A stretch of DNA of 62,286 nt, counting the filler, from Circinaria calcarea (lineage: Eukaryota): assembly GCA_051942165.1 (NCBI GenBank). It is 11 parts of 11 records of this genome, joined end to end, with 100 filler letters (N's around TTAATTAATTAA, not from the genome) between each part and the next. Parts side by side here need not be neighbours in the genome. Positions count along the whole stretch, not along the records: positions 22,726 to 28,302 come from JAVECS010001860.1; positions 28,403 to 33,978 come from JAVECS010001861.1; positions 34,079 to 39,644 come from JAVECS010001862.1; 8 more parts are not named here. One strand, given 5' to 3'. A model generated the notes under the pieces. It saw nothing but the letters and a program-made list of their open reading frames with translations. It was not told the DNA's origin and did no database searches. Below, piece by piece: positions 24,496 through 36,317 of the stretch; positions within the stretch are counted from its first letter, which is position 1, and each line of letters starts with the position of its first letter. The translations under genes were made by a program, and so were the position numbers.

Positions 24496-25792
24496 GTTAT
24501 TGTAAGTTTGGGGAGCATTAGATAGAGCGGCTGCGGCATGAACGAGATATCTCCGCTCTATTCATTAAATCTTTCACCTCGTGCCGGGAAATTTTTGAGG
24601 AAGCTCCGTGTAAATGATTTTCAATTTTATGAATGGTGCATGCTTCGTAGCGCAATCAGCACAATCACAAATTGGTCCTTGGCCCTGTCTACGTTTTTGA
24701 TTTTGCAAAATAGTCCGAGTCTAAGAATGTTGCCTAGGCATACTCTTATTACTTCGCACACGGTTGACCAAAAAATTGGCAAACCCGCATTACCCCTGAG
24801 GCGAGCTTCCAACATTGTTTTTCACCATAACAGTATCAGATTTACACACTATCTCGCATATAAATCTGATATTATTATGGCTAACAATCGTCCTGTTACT
24901 CCTGTCATGGAATTTCACGAAAAGCAGAAGCATCATCCTACTCCTACTAAAGCGAAAATCAAGGCGCATGCGAATAAATGGAAGCGAAAGGCATTCCGTA
25001 TGCAAAACGAGACATTTTCGAGTATTTCGGCGTGAGTGAGCGCTCTGGTTATAGAATGCTCAAAGGCCGCGAATCACGTCGAAAGCATCAAATCCATGAA
25101 ATGCGTGGTCGACATGGACTCATCACCGGAGAACAAATGGCTGAAATGGAGAAAGCGCCTGAAATGGAAGGCCTTACAACGCGTGCTCTCACATGGGAAC
25201 AGCTTGATCTCGAAGCAAATGTCGAAGCATCCGGAATGACGACCCAACATGCCGTGGGCACTATGCATTATCACAAATACATTGCTTGCAAGAAAGGGTG
25301 GGTCAATGCTTCTACGGCTGAGCATAGAGTTGAATGGGCTACGAGAATGCTGCCAAAATACCCCAATCCGATGATTGGAAGCGTATACGATTCAGCGACG
25401 AAGTGCATTTTGGCTGGAGTCCACAAGGCAAGTTACGTGTTATACGTAAGCCAGGTACACGATACTGCAACGGCTGCCTACGGAAAACGATAAGCCTAAG
25501 GCTAAAAACGAAGAACGATTTCACTGTTTCGCCGCAGTAGGCCACAATCTCAAATCGGACATCTACTTCTACGGCATACCTTCGAATACGTATGGAAAAA
25601 TTACGCTAGGAGGGTATAAGAATCAGATACTAGAACCTATAGTTAAGCCGTGGCTGAAAGCAGGCGAGGACTTCGTTTTAGAAGAAGACGGCAACTCAGA
25701 GCATAGAACGGAGAAGTCGAATATTGTACGGAAATAAAAGAAAGAAAATGGCCTGAAATCCTATTTCAATTATTATAATTCCCCGGATCTTT

Positions 25793-26124
25793 CGAAAGGG
25801 TACTAGGATAGGCTAGGCTTGTATAAGGGATAAAGTCACTCCGCGGTGCACGATTACCTGGAACGTAATGGGTATCGATTATTATTCTAGTTGTTGGTGT
25901 CTATAAGCATGCTATTCTAAAGAGTGAGAACAGTCTGCTTACACAATACTCTTGTACTCGTGGCTCCCACTGATTCTTGTGGGAGTTCTGGGAACACCCG
26001 GAACATATCACGTGTCCTGCTTCATTACTCCTTCTGCCAAGTCCTGAGAGCACCGGGAGCACCCGGCTTCTTGTTTCTCCGTTCCGGCACTTGGTTGGCT
26101 AAGGTATGGCGTGGCGCCATAACA
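25793..26124 (-). mobile_element. Solo LTR (332 bp) with 5-bp TSD
   Basis: TCTTT at 25788-25792 and 26125-26129. The minus strand reads TGTTATGG...CCCTTTCG (TG...CA with one terminal substitution); no ORF. Orientation is uncertain. Confidence 0.7.
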
Positions 26125-26137
26125 TCTTTCTCCTATT

Positions 26138-26841
26138 CCGGCCGGTGTTTCTTGTGATGGACCACTCGGAAGCCTTCACGTGGTCATTCACGAGAAGGAG
26201 TAGGTTCGATTCCTACGGCCAACATCTACTACTCTTTTACATCACTACCTTGGCTCGGGGGTGGCTGGCAGCACTCCACAAGTGACTCGACCACAACAGA
26301 CTGATTCCGGACCTGGATCAGAGACTTGTATAGAGTTTTGAGTATCAATCTCAAGGCCAACGACCTTCCGTAAGTGGCTATGATCTTACGTGAGGGGCTA
26401 TGTCGCTACGAGCAGGTACGCGTTTATAGTCACCTGTGACTCGAAGGTCTGTTAGGGTAGTGAAAGGTTTCGTCAATTCTACTTGCTGACGTATTCACCA
26501 CTTCGTGAGGTTATCCTCTGGCATAGGCTTCCTCCCTTCGGTCTGTGGTCTAGGACGGTGGTGAAGGCTCTTACGCGTTATAGCATACTAGGAAGGTCAA
26601 GACGTAATAGTTATATGCTTAATACAGGCTGGAGGGCTTATTGACTGACTGTAGGCCCGCTGGGTCGATCAGTTCGATTGGGTTAAACTTTGATTTGGCT
26701 GAGGATTGGATTTTGATTTGGCTGGGTTGAGCCTCTGTTTGGCTGAATTGGCTGAAATTTGCTTGGGTTGATATCATTGTAATATTATTCTAGAGTAACC
26801 GCCTGCATGGGTCCTGGTGGCCTGTATAAGGTCTATGAACA

Positions 26842-26876
<35 letters not shown>
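26138..26876 (+). mobile_element. tRNA-related SINE-like non-autonomous retroposon (about 740 bp) with (TAC)12 tail and 12-bp TSD
   Basis: CTTTCTCCTATT at 26126-26137 and 26877-26888; T-arm/B-box GTAGG-TTCGATT-CCTAC at 26200-26216; TAC tail 26842-26877; no ORF. Confidence 0.82.
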
Positions 26877-26879
<3 letters not shown>

Positions 26880-27469
26880 TCTCCTATTGAAAATTGCTGG
26901 CAACCACCGAAGCGACACCTCAAGAAATACCCGCATTGGGACGACGCGACTACGAAGCAGTTGATACACGATGGGTGGGCAAATGTATCGCAGAAATTTA
27001 TTAATAAAAGGGTGTTATCGATGCCAGAACGATTGCAGGTGGTTATTGATGGTAATGTCAAAATAACGGGTTGTTAGATTATAGCTTTAAACTACACTTA
27101 TTTCTAGATAATAGACAGTTCCCCATCATTTACTATGTGAAATAATAGTAGAATAGTGGAGAGTTGTTGAGGAATTTCGAATTTGGAGGTAATGTGGGGT
27201 TGCTATTTTCCTCGTCAACCGTGTGCCTCATTCCGGTACTCTGTGGTGGTCGCTTTCGCCAAGACATAGACGAAGATGAGCTTTGAACCCTCGAATCAAC
27301 GACAAGTCACATGGTTATTCTATTACTCTTTTCCTCCCGAATCCCTCCTTGTCTTCCTCGCATCTCTCTGTCTTGCAGATTCGACTGCACCAAGCCCAAT
27401 TGAACCAGCATGTAAAATCAACTATACTTGCCTCAGCGCCCCATCTTACAATCTCGCTATTCCCTACCA

Positions 27470-28048
27470 ATGATGGATCCATCCCAGCGCAACTCAGGAG
27501 CCCTCATCGGTATGGTCTATTCCCATCTTCCGCCCTTGTCATTCGACACCAGTCCGCCAACGATGTCTAGAGCAAGCCAATGCCAACGTTGCCCAGCTCC
27601 TCCGGCGTTTCGAGAACATCATCGCCCTTGCTCCGGTAGCGTTCCTTCGTTCGGTGACCAACCGATTTCTTGCCTGATAACTAACCGGTTTTTTGCCGCT
27701 CAGGTGAACGGTCATGACCGGAGTACGACGGCGGTCGAGGTCTATCAGATGGAAATCGAGACGGCCGCATTGGTAGGCCCTATGTCCCTTTTTGCTCCTC
27801 CCGATCCTTGCACGCCCCCCTCAGTCGCCATCTTTTTGGCCGGTTCGACATCAGCAATACAACGACAGGTGCGCTACTTACCAAGATAGATCCGGGCCGC
27901 CGAAGACATCCTCTCGCTCACGCGGTCACTTAAGGAAATGTGGTTGTTCGGGCAACTGGATACGATCGGGGAGAGTAAAGCGAAAGCCGAAACTGAACGG
28001 CATGCGAAGGCGGTCGCAGAAGGGTTGAGGAGGATCGCGGGGAAGTAA
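27470..28048 (+). CDS. MED22: Mediator subunit Med22 (Srb6/Surf5 family), 4 exons
   Basis: Spliced 27470-27509, 27571-27635, 27704-27772, 27890-28048: ...VAQLLRRFENIIALAP...QMEIETAALIRAAEDILSLTRSLKEMWLFGQL... Confidence 0.9.
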
Positions 28049-28608
28049 GGAGATGTACTGGAACTCATGGAGAACGCTTGGGGAATTGGTGCAAGTTGAC
28101 AATAGGAAGAAGACCAAGGGTAGGAATCTGATCCTCATAGGAACTCCGGAAGGATATGTTAAACAACGAGATCTATTGCTTTGCCACGTCTGGGTAGATC
28201 GAGATGTAAAGGATACAGTTTCTTTGCCTCTTAGATATGATTCGACCTGCTCTAATATTTTATAATACTTGTAAATAGTATCCTCACACCCCCTTCCCCC
28301 TCNNNNNNNNNNNNNNNNNNNNNNNNNNNNNNNNNNNNNNNNNNNNTTAATTAATTAANNNNNNNNNNNNNNNNNNNNNNNNNNNNNNNNNNNNNNNNNN
28401 NNGATTTTAAGGTTGTAGGTTGTAGGTTGTAGATTTGGGATTAAGTTTAAACCATGTTTTTTTTTCAAAAAAAAAGAAAGACGGAACGTGTTAGGACAGG
28501 AAGCCCGTGGGAAGTCCGTGGGAAGTCCATCGGGAGAGGAAAAAAAAAAAGGAATGCAGGAAATTCCCAAGTCACGCGGTGGGTGCTGAGGGGAGGAGGA
28601 GGGGTGCT

Positions 28609-28720
28609 ATAGAATAGAAGAGAAGAGAAGAGAAGAGAAGAGAAGCGAAGCGAAACGAAACGAAGCGAAAGGGGGAAGGGAAAGAGGATAGGATAAGATA
28701 GGATAAGATAAGATAAGTTA
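28609..28720. repeat. Compound purine-rich pentamer microsatellites (AGAAG, CGAAA, GATAG/GATAA)
   Basis: Direct reading; source of the Leu/Ser-rich spurious ORFs. Confidence 0.85.
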
Positions 28721-28986
28721 CGGGTACGAGGGTGGGAAGGAATGCACAGAGAGACTGGGTAGGGCAATGGTCAGGTTTGGAAATTAGGGAGGTTTGGAAA
28801 TTAGGGTGGTTTACTTGGGGGGGGGGGTTCTTTGAGGGAAAAAAAGGTTCAAAGATGGGCTTCGCTCGTGGTAAATTGTATTATTCATAGGGGAAAATGA
28901 TGGCCATTTACACATCTCACCATCGTATCGAATGCTAACTTATTCCATGCACCTGCAATATCGCTCTCTCCTTTCACGGTCTCTAC

Positions 28987-31266
28987 TCACCCATCATAAC
29001 CCTCCCCTGCAACGACATACCTCTTCTCAATACTCAAAACAACATCTACGTGCTCAAACCGTAACTTGGTCCCCTTCTGACTCGCTAGCAGCTGCGCCGT
29101 CTCCAACACGTTCTTAATCTCCCGTCCGTTCATCGCGTAAACAGCCAACCGATCGAGATCCTCGTCCGCGATCTCGTGGCCTTGCGAGGAAGCCGTGATG
29201 AAATTGGACCAGACATGGCGGCGGGAAGAAAAGGAGAGATTCTTATAGGCCATGGAGATGTGAATTCGGGATTGGAAGGCGGCGTCGATGTTGTCGACGC
29301 GGTTGGTGGTGAGGAAGAGAATCCCTTCGTAGTATTCGAGGATGCGGAGAAAGACTTGAGAAGGGATTAGTCAGGGTGTGAGTCTGGATCAGTGAGTCAC
29401 ATACTGGACACGAGCTTGTTTCTCTCCAGATCATGTGCGCTACGCTGCTCCAGAAATACATCGGCTTCATCGAGTAACAGGATGGCGTTCCATTTTGTAC
29501 ACATCTCAAGCACATTGGAGAGATTGGATTCGACCTCGTTTGATCGAGTCCCCAGATCACCAGCACTCATCATGTAAAGCGGCGCCTTCATCGTCTCTGC
29601 TACAGACTCCGCGGTAAGGGTTTTGCCTATACGAGCGTTAGCATTCATGTCTGAAAGCATACAAGACAGCGAAAGAATTAGAGGGACTGACCAACACCGG
29701 GAGGACCACTGAGCAGCATGATCATACCCATCCCTTTGCCTTGGATAATATCGTCGAATACCTTCCTATTCTGGCTTTGACTCTCGGTTAGGGCCAAGAT
29801 CAAGTCTTTATGATCTTTCGGGAGGACCAGACTGTCAAAAGCCTTTTCGTTCCATTTGATTTCCTTTACATTCTCGATAGAAAAGGTCATCCACTTCTTG
29901 TTCTTCAGTGCATAGCCTTTGAGAGTTGATGTGCACAGTAGGAGTTTATCATCTGTCAGTGGCTCCGGGTGCTTGGCTTTGACTGGTGCAGGTGGCACAT
30001 TATCATCTTCCTCTTCGTTATAATCAACGTAGTCCTCGTCATCTTCGTTGTTTTCGACCACTCCGGCTTTCGTAGGGTTTGACTCAGTTTCAAAAGAGCT
30101 AACCGAGACCTGCGAGTTTGCCTGGAAACGGTTCCAAGCATATGTATCAATAATAACCCGGCTATTCACCTATGGATGACTTTAGTAAATTCAAGGCTGA
30201 AAGTCAGCGTTGAGAACCCTACATTATAGCGTACGGGTCCCCAAGGACCATCGCCCATGGCAATGCCTTGATATTGCTTATAGTTGTAACCAGCAAGACG
30301 TTCAAATACCTTCCCTCGAGCAATAAGTCTTTCCATGACATCATCCTCTTGAGGATGATATATCATGGGAAATGCTGACAAGCTGCTGATAGGCGCCGTA
30401 CCAGAAAACTGGGCAATGTTGTATCGGGCGCTGCCATAGCCAAAATCGGACCCGTCCCAATCTACATTTTGACAGAAAAGAGAATAGACAGGGCAATTGC
30501 ATACTGTTGTGTAGTCCCCACTTTTCAAGAGCACAGCTTGATCTTGTCCACCTTTGCCAGCCACCACAACACTACCTGGCTCAAACAGCATCCAAAGATA
30601 ATCGTACGTGATGACATTATGCGCAAGTAGGTCGTCCCGCGCTTTGATGTCTTCCTTCATCTCTTCCTCAAGTACGTTATGCAATAAGCCCAGATGAGCT
30701 TTGACCGTGGGATCTTGTTCATTGGTGACAGCAGCGCAAAATCCACTCCATCGGTAGACAAAAGGTACAAATGGAGGCTCAAATTCTAACCGCTCAAGCG
30801 TGGTTGTAATGCCAGGATAGTTTTCGAACACGGGCTTTAGGGCACTCTTCATCAGGGGACTTTGGACGACAATGGAAGCGATGGTCAGTTTCTTCCTCCC
30901 ACTATGACACTTTTTATTACGAATGAGGAGAGCGAATTGAGCAGTCTTTTCGTTCTCCGCAGGTTCATCAAGGTCGTCTGGGTATTTCTCGACCCATGGA
31001 CGGTTCCCATAGTCATCCTTCTTAGCTTGATAAAGGTTCTTGATCTCGGAGATCATGCCAGGCTTGACTGTGGGGGATGCTGGGGGCGCATTGTCGGTGT
31101 CATTGACAGATGATGAAGCAATAGCATAGTCAGCTGGCATGTCCGCGGTAGCAGTTACTGGAGCTTGAGTGGTAGCATTGACCGAAATAATATCGGCGCC
31201 TTGCACCATGGAGATTGAGTCGTTCAGTGTCATGTTGATCGAATTTTGACGGGGCTGGCGAGGCAT
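28987..31266 (-). CDS. Fungal AAA+ ATPase with long N-terminal domain, about 4 exons
   Basis: Walker A split by an intron (LSGPPGVG|KTLTAESVAE), Walker B ILLLDEADVFL, LEYYEGILFLTTNRVDNIDAAFQSRIH, MNGREIKN. Start codon uncertain. Confidence 0.92.
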
Positions 31267-31747
31267 GTCACTGACAAGAGAGGGAATCGTGGGAAAGGTG
31301 TCAAAGGGAATGCGGATGATGGGAGCATGGTTATATAGCAATCACGAGAAGACTCCCACACTGATGGAAACCGCGGTGATCGTCAAACATGGGGTGGTTT
31401 TCAGCCTTGCGCTAAGGCCTTCAGGGAAAGGCTGTGTTGACTCACTGCAGTATGCACCCATACCGTTGGGACAATTGGGCAGCGCACTGATAGCAACTGC
31501 GTTGCTTTGCTTTAGCGTGATCCTGCCTCGGAAGGATGACATTGAGTGTTGTGGCGCTGTTGCCTTGGGGGTAATTGCAGATCGCGTTCCTTTGGGGCGG
31601 GCCGGCACAGAGGATAAGGCGGTGCAGGCGAACCGTCGTCCTCTCGGCTGCGCATAATTATCCTGATTCTGTGCTGATGGGACATAGTTGCCAGGATAAC
31701 GTCCATGTACAGTGCCTCGCAAATCCTGATATTCGGGAGAAGCCCTC

Positions 31748-33008
31748 TCAGTTCCCCAGAGACGGACCGAAGACCGAATCCTCTTCTTTGGATCTACTCT
31801 CCCTCTCCAACTTCCGCTTCTTGATGATTTTCTCATCCAATCCTGCGTCACCATTCACTTGGCCGTCTCTCTTTTGCGCTTTGTTGATCCCAATCAAGTC
31901 CATCTTCTCCGGATTGCGACATTCGTAGAGCTTTTTGTCGATCTTGGTCAATTCTTTCATCTCCGCTTCCCCCAGATTAGCCCATTCAGAAGATCGCAGC
32001 AACTCTGCACAAGCTTGAAGTGTGACAGTAAGCTTAGGTTTGATACTGTCGGAACCTGGGAGCTTCGTATCAAGGTAGAAGAGGGCCAAGGGTTCATCAA
32101 CGAGTAAGAGGGCTGCTAACCAGATCTGCGAAGGAGTGTAGAGGAAATAAGCGTCAGTTAGTAGAGCAGAAGTCTTGAGGATTTCTTTGGCTTTTCCATG
32201 GGCAGTCTGTATACGTGCCTGGAGGTCGTGGGTGCTCCTCGCTTTGGGCTTTCCCTTTATGGCAGGTTCAAGCTGCAACATGTACTGCTGTAACGTAGTA
32301 GACGTCATCTGTTGCTGCAATGCATTATACGCCGCTGATGCTCCTGGGACAGATGAGTAGTTGCCTGTAGCAAGTGCCGATAATTCCATGAAGCCCCCTT
32401 CTAATCCCCGCTGAGGATGTCGAACATCGAATGTAAATCTCAGTCCTTGGGTAAGTAGAAACTCTGGAGCGAGGACGTCCTCGGTCGTAGTCTTTGGCAG
32501 CTTTGAAGCAAAAGAGTTCAGGGAGGTATAATGATTCTCCGTCTTGGTGGCTAGGAATAGAGCGGAAGGCATCATTTGCTTCGGGTGATAAGTCATGGGG
32601 GAATTCGAAAGGTAGAAGCGCTTCAGGTATTGTACCGCGGTGGCCTTGGTGGTATATGTCAGCTCATGCCATCTACCTTGGGGCGGCTTAGATGTCCTCG
32701 CATACCATTACATTGGTGGGGAATGCAATGAATTTTGCGAATTCCATTGCCTTGGAGCAGTAGAAGCTCACAAGCTTCAGCTCTTCCTCCACAGTCAAGC
32801 AGTCCACGTCCCTCTGGTTTATACTATTCGAGATTCCATCTCCCTCCATGTCATACTCCATACCATCTTTTGCATGGAGACGCTGGATAGCGTCCTTCAC
32901 CCGGGCGGCCGCCAGAGAGTTCGTTGTCGCTCGGAGTGAAGCCAAGGAGTCCTCTGTGAAGGACCACAGCCGAAACTGAGTCGAACTCCGGTATATGTCG
33001 TCCTCCAT
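31748..33008 (-). CDS. CCL1: Cyclin H (TFIIH kinase cyclin), 2 exons
   Basis: MEDDIYRSSTQFRLWSFT...LTVEEELKLVSFY...ATAVQYLKRFYLSNSPMTYHPKQMMPSALFLATKTEN; one intron at about 32647-32704. Confidence 0.93.
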
Positions 33009-33510
33009 CCTATCGTCGTTTCACCCGTCTCATTCGTGGTGCGGCAGTAGTTTGCAGCGCTATGACTTTGGACTCTAGCATAAAGACCACAGGAATGAAA
33101 GGAAATACGGAGTGTCTCGGGACATATCTCGTGCTTTTGCATAGATCATAGGAATACAAAAGGCCTCACAATCCAGCCTTTATTTCCCGGAGCACGGCGC
33201 TTCTTTGTCCCTTACCATATCCCCGAACAACTAATTGCTCATTCTATCTCTCAAAGATCAGGTCCTAGCCAAATTACTTTCACGTCCAGTTAACTCTTTT
33301 TGTACGAAAGGGTACATATCAATTCCCGCTGATAACCAGCTTAGAATTAGACCCTCGTCTCAATAGGGGCTGTCCATAGAATTACAATTTGCTAGGTTTT
33401 GACTCATTGCAGACGTCTCAGTTGAATCTTCTTCCAATTAATCACTTCTTATGCATTAAGCATTACTCTTCCTTTTCATCCTTCATCCTTATCGAGCAAT
33501 CCCGTTCAAT

Positions 33511-33978
33511 ATGGATATCCCCAATATCGAGGACCGCCCGAAAGGACCAGAAGTGCCAGCCGCTCCGGTTCTTCATCCCAGCCCCATGATCCTAGACGGC
33601 CACTTCGTTACCGTGGTCACCCTCGCTCTCTCCCACGCAGGAGATCTCTTCGAAGCCATCGGCGGCTCCGAGAAAGCGGCTCTATGGGACTACGTGCCCA
33701 TCGGCCCCTACCCCGTCTTCCAACCGTTCTACGACCACATCGCTCGCAACGCCTTATCATCTGATCCTTGCTTCTTCACCGTCCTGGACAAGACCACGGG
33801 CAAGGCCGTCGGTCATGTCTCCCTAATGAGCATTGATCCTGCCAATCGATCCATTGAAATCGGCCACGTGATCTTCTCCCCCACACTGCAACGGACGTCC
33901 GCCGCAACGGAAGTCATCTATCTCCTTACTCGCGCAGTATTTGAGGACTTCGGTTACCGCCGCTACGTATGGAAGTGT
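33511..33978 (+). CDS. GNAT acetyltransferase, RimJ/RimL type, 3' truncated
   Basis: LWDYVPIGPY...SIDPANRSIEIGHVIFSPTLQRTSAATEVIYLL...FEDFGYRRYVWKC. Confidence 0.92.
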
Positions 33979-34078
33979 NNNNNNNNNNNNNNNNNNNNNN
34001 NNNNNNNNNNNNNNNNNNNNNNTTAATTAATTAANNNNNNNNNNNNNNNNNNNNNNNNNNNNNNNNNNNNNNNNNNNN

Positions 34079-34866
34079 CCTTGCAAGAACTTCCTCATCG
34101 CATACGGTGCGAAGGTACCCAAGCAGGCTCTCTCCTTCAGCGCTGCGTCTTGGGCCCACTTCACCAGCATACGGCCGATCCCTTGTCGTTGTCGTTGTGG
34201 ATCAGAAGCGATTTCGCGAAGGAAGAAACATTCGCTGAGCTGACCAATGAAGTAGATTTTCTTGTTTGCACGTTCGGTTTCTTTCATTGAGGCAAGGCGG
34301 GAGGAAGATGGGAGGAAGGAAGCTTCGAGGGAGATTGGGTTGGGGAGATGGTTGAATGATTTCCAAATGTGCGCGTCTAGAGGCGAGTTTCTAGTGTAAG
34401 CTGACTGCTCCAATCATGCGATTGAGTGTCGTCTCTACCCTCGGGGTTTCTGCCGTTGTCCACGTTTAATCGCGATCGCCACCTTGTCGCGTGGGATGAG
34501 TTTCCCAATCGCTCCCAAATCGCGAAGCCTATCACGAGTTTTTGGGCTGCTGCGTTGTCATATATCGTGGTGTCCTCCAAAGGACCAAGTGGAGGAATGT
34601 CCGTCTCGACGACTTGGCAGATGTAAAACTTGTCGGTGACTTTCTTGGCGTAGTCCTGATTTGTTAGCCGGGCTCCACAATCAAGCTCTTGTGAGTTGTC
34701 ACGAAGAGCCTTTTAGATAGAGGGAATGTACAAGTCTTGTATGGTCTCGGACGAGATCAAGACTCTCGTCTGCTCTGAACCAATCCTGTAAAGTGCTGCC
34801 GCCATGTAGATGCATTATCTCTTCCATCCGATAGACATCTTTAATAGTTGCCTGGCGAATGTACAT
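34079..34866 (-). pseudogene. Degenerate GNAT acetyltransferase (fragments in several frames), 3' truncated
   Basis: MYIRQATIKD start, VIGFAIWER and acetyl-CoA motif IASDPQRQRQGIGRMLVKW lie in different frames; I found no clean introns joining them. Confidence 0.55.
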
Positions 34867-36317
34867 AGCGGGTCGACCAATGAGTGTGGTGCCAGGCTGT
34901 ATGTTGGCTAAACGGATGCTAAGATATGATGCCAGTGTAGGCTATTTGATGTTGAGATGCAGTGATGTGTTGAAAAAGTATCATGTTGACATATACTTGG
35001 TGATATCCTGGCAGCTCTTTGTATAGGCGTTTTGGGAAGTAACAGGACGTATCAAGAGACCTTGCCCTCGCAATTCAATAACATATTTCTTTAAGGTAAA
35101 TTCGGAAAGCGCGATACATGAGAGCTTTCAAAATTGAGGGTCTTCACCCAGTGGGCTATCGCCAATGGCTCGGTGCTGATAACGGTGAATTTAGCAGCTA
35201 CCCAAAGTGGTATCTGCATTGCAGGTATGTGAAGCCAGAGCAACAGGCTGGTGTCAGGAGTGGAAGATGGCGTACGGAGTACATGGCGAAGGTGAAGCTG
35301 CTCTCATCTATCCCAACACCGGTCGAAGAGACGCCACGATTCCGGTGCCATCACACCATCCACACTGGTCCTCAGCCCAGCGTTACGTCTCTGCTAGCTA
35401 CCTAGGCAGGAATACAGGGCTTGACGGCCGAGAGATTTGGTGGCTAATTATAGATGGAGGAGCTCGTCTTGTATGCGCCGCGTTCCCTCGATCAGTTGAC
35501 AGGCGTCATCTGCCACGGTCATGCGGAGCACCAACTGTCATTGCTTCCAATCTCCCCACGACAGACTTTATCATCATTAATAATAAGAATGGCTCTTGTT
35601 GAGTTTCCATGGGACATCGACATAAGCTCAGGAAGCCATTGACCGCTACTCCGCTTTCAGCCCGTTGGTGTCAACCTTATGCAGGTCTGCTTCCTGAAAG
35701 AGTAATGAGCGTCATGGGTCCTCTATATCGGGTAAGGATCAACGGTCAGATCGGCGAATGATGATGGAAAGGGAAAACGCCTCGTCGATCCAAGCCACTT
35801 TCCATTCTGCCGCGGAAGGCAGAGATCCGGCATGGGCACCACGTCAATCGGGCCTGAACCCGACGGATTGCATCGTTGTCAAGCACCTCATGTTGCCGTG
35901 TGGAGCAGTACAACTTCTTCACTCAAGCCGACCACTCGTAACTCATGGATCTGGCACGGCACATCCCATGCTACCATCCAAAAGGTCTCTTCCCCGCACT
36001 CTGGAAGAACATTAGCCTCCTGCGTCTGCTTGAAGCCGGATCTAAACACGCCCGAGAGAGTCGAGATCGCTCTTTTTCCCTTGCCTCTTCTGCTTGTCCC
36101 ATAGCTGCCTTTTTGGGTTTTTCCCTACCTATGATGCCTTTGGTAGCTTGTGCCAGTTGGGCGTCTTGGGATCGGCTGCAGGCTTGGAAGTATGTATATA
36201 ACCTGTTGCAGCCCTGAACCGTTTTCTTTCTATCCCAGTTCCATCTCCCAAATCTTCTCAGTGCATCAATTTCCTACTATCAACTCAGGATCTCACTTAC
36301 TATCTACTCAATTGAAC

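Larger units (their letters stand above)
24877..27077 (+). pseudogene. Tc1-like transposase pseudogene (DD37E spacing), frameshifted and interrupted
   Basis: Fragments across frames: HTH-like IFEYFGVSERSGYRML, WKRIRFSDEVHF, FVLEEDG, NSPDL|SPIENCW, SMPERLQVVI. Multiple frameshifts, an in-frame TAA, and an insertion of about 1.1 kb. Confidence 0.9.
24757..27225 (+). mobile_element. Decayed Tc1/mariner-superfamily DNA transposon with imperfect 38-bp TIRs
   Basis: Left CACACGGTTGACCAAAAAATTGGCAAACCCGCATTACC; right (reverse complement) CACACGGTTGACGAGGAAAATAGCAACCCCACATTACC. They enclose transposase fragments. The TA target duplication is not preserved. Confidence 0.88.

Noticed and set aside
26140..26224. 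Stand-alone tRNA gene
   Set aside because: Only the T-arm is canonical; there is no proper D or anticodon arm and it sits at the 5' end of a TSD-flanked insertion.
33511..34866. Two GNAT genes facing each other, suggesting a cluster or one split gene
   Set aside because: They lie on different contigs separated by an artificial spacer, on opposite strands, and belong to different GNAT types; adjacency comes from length sorting.
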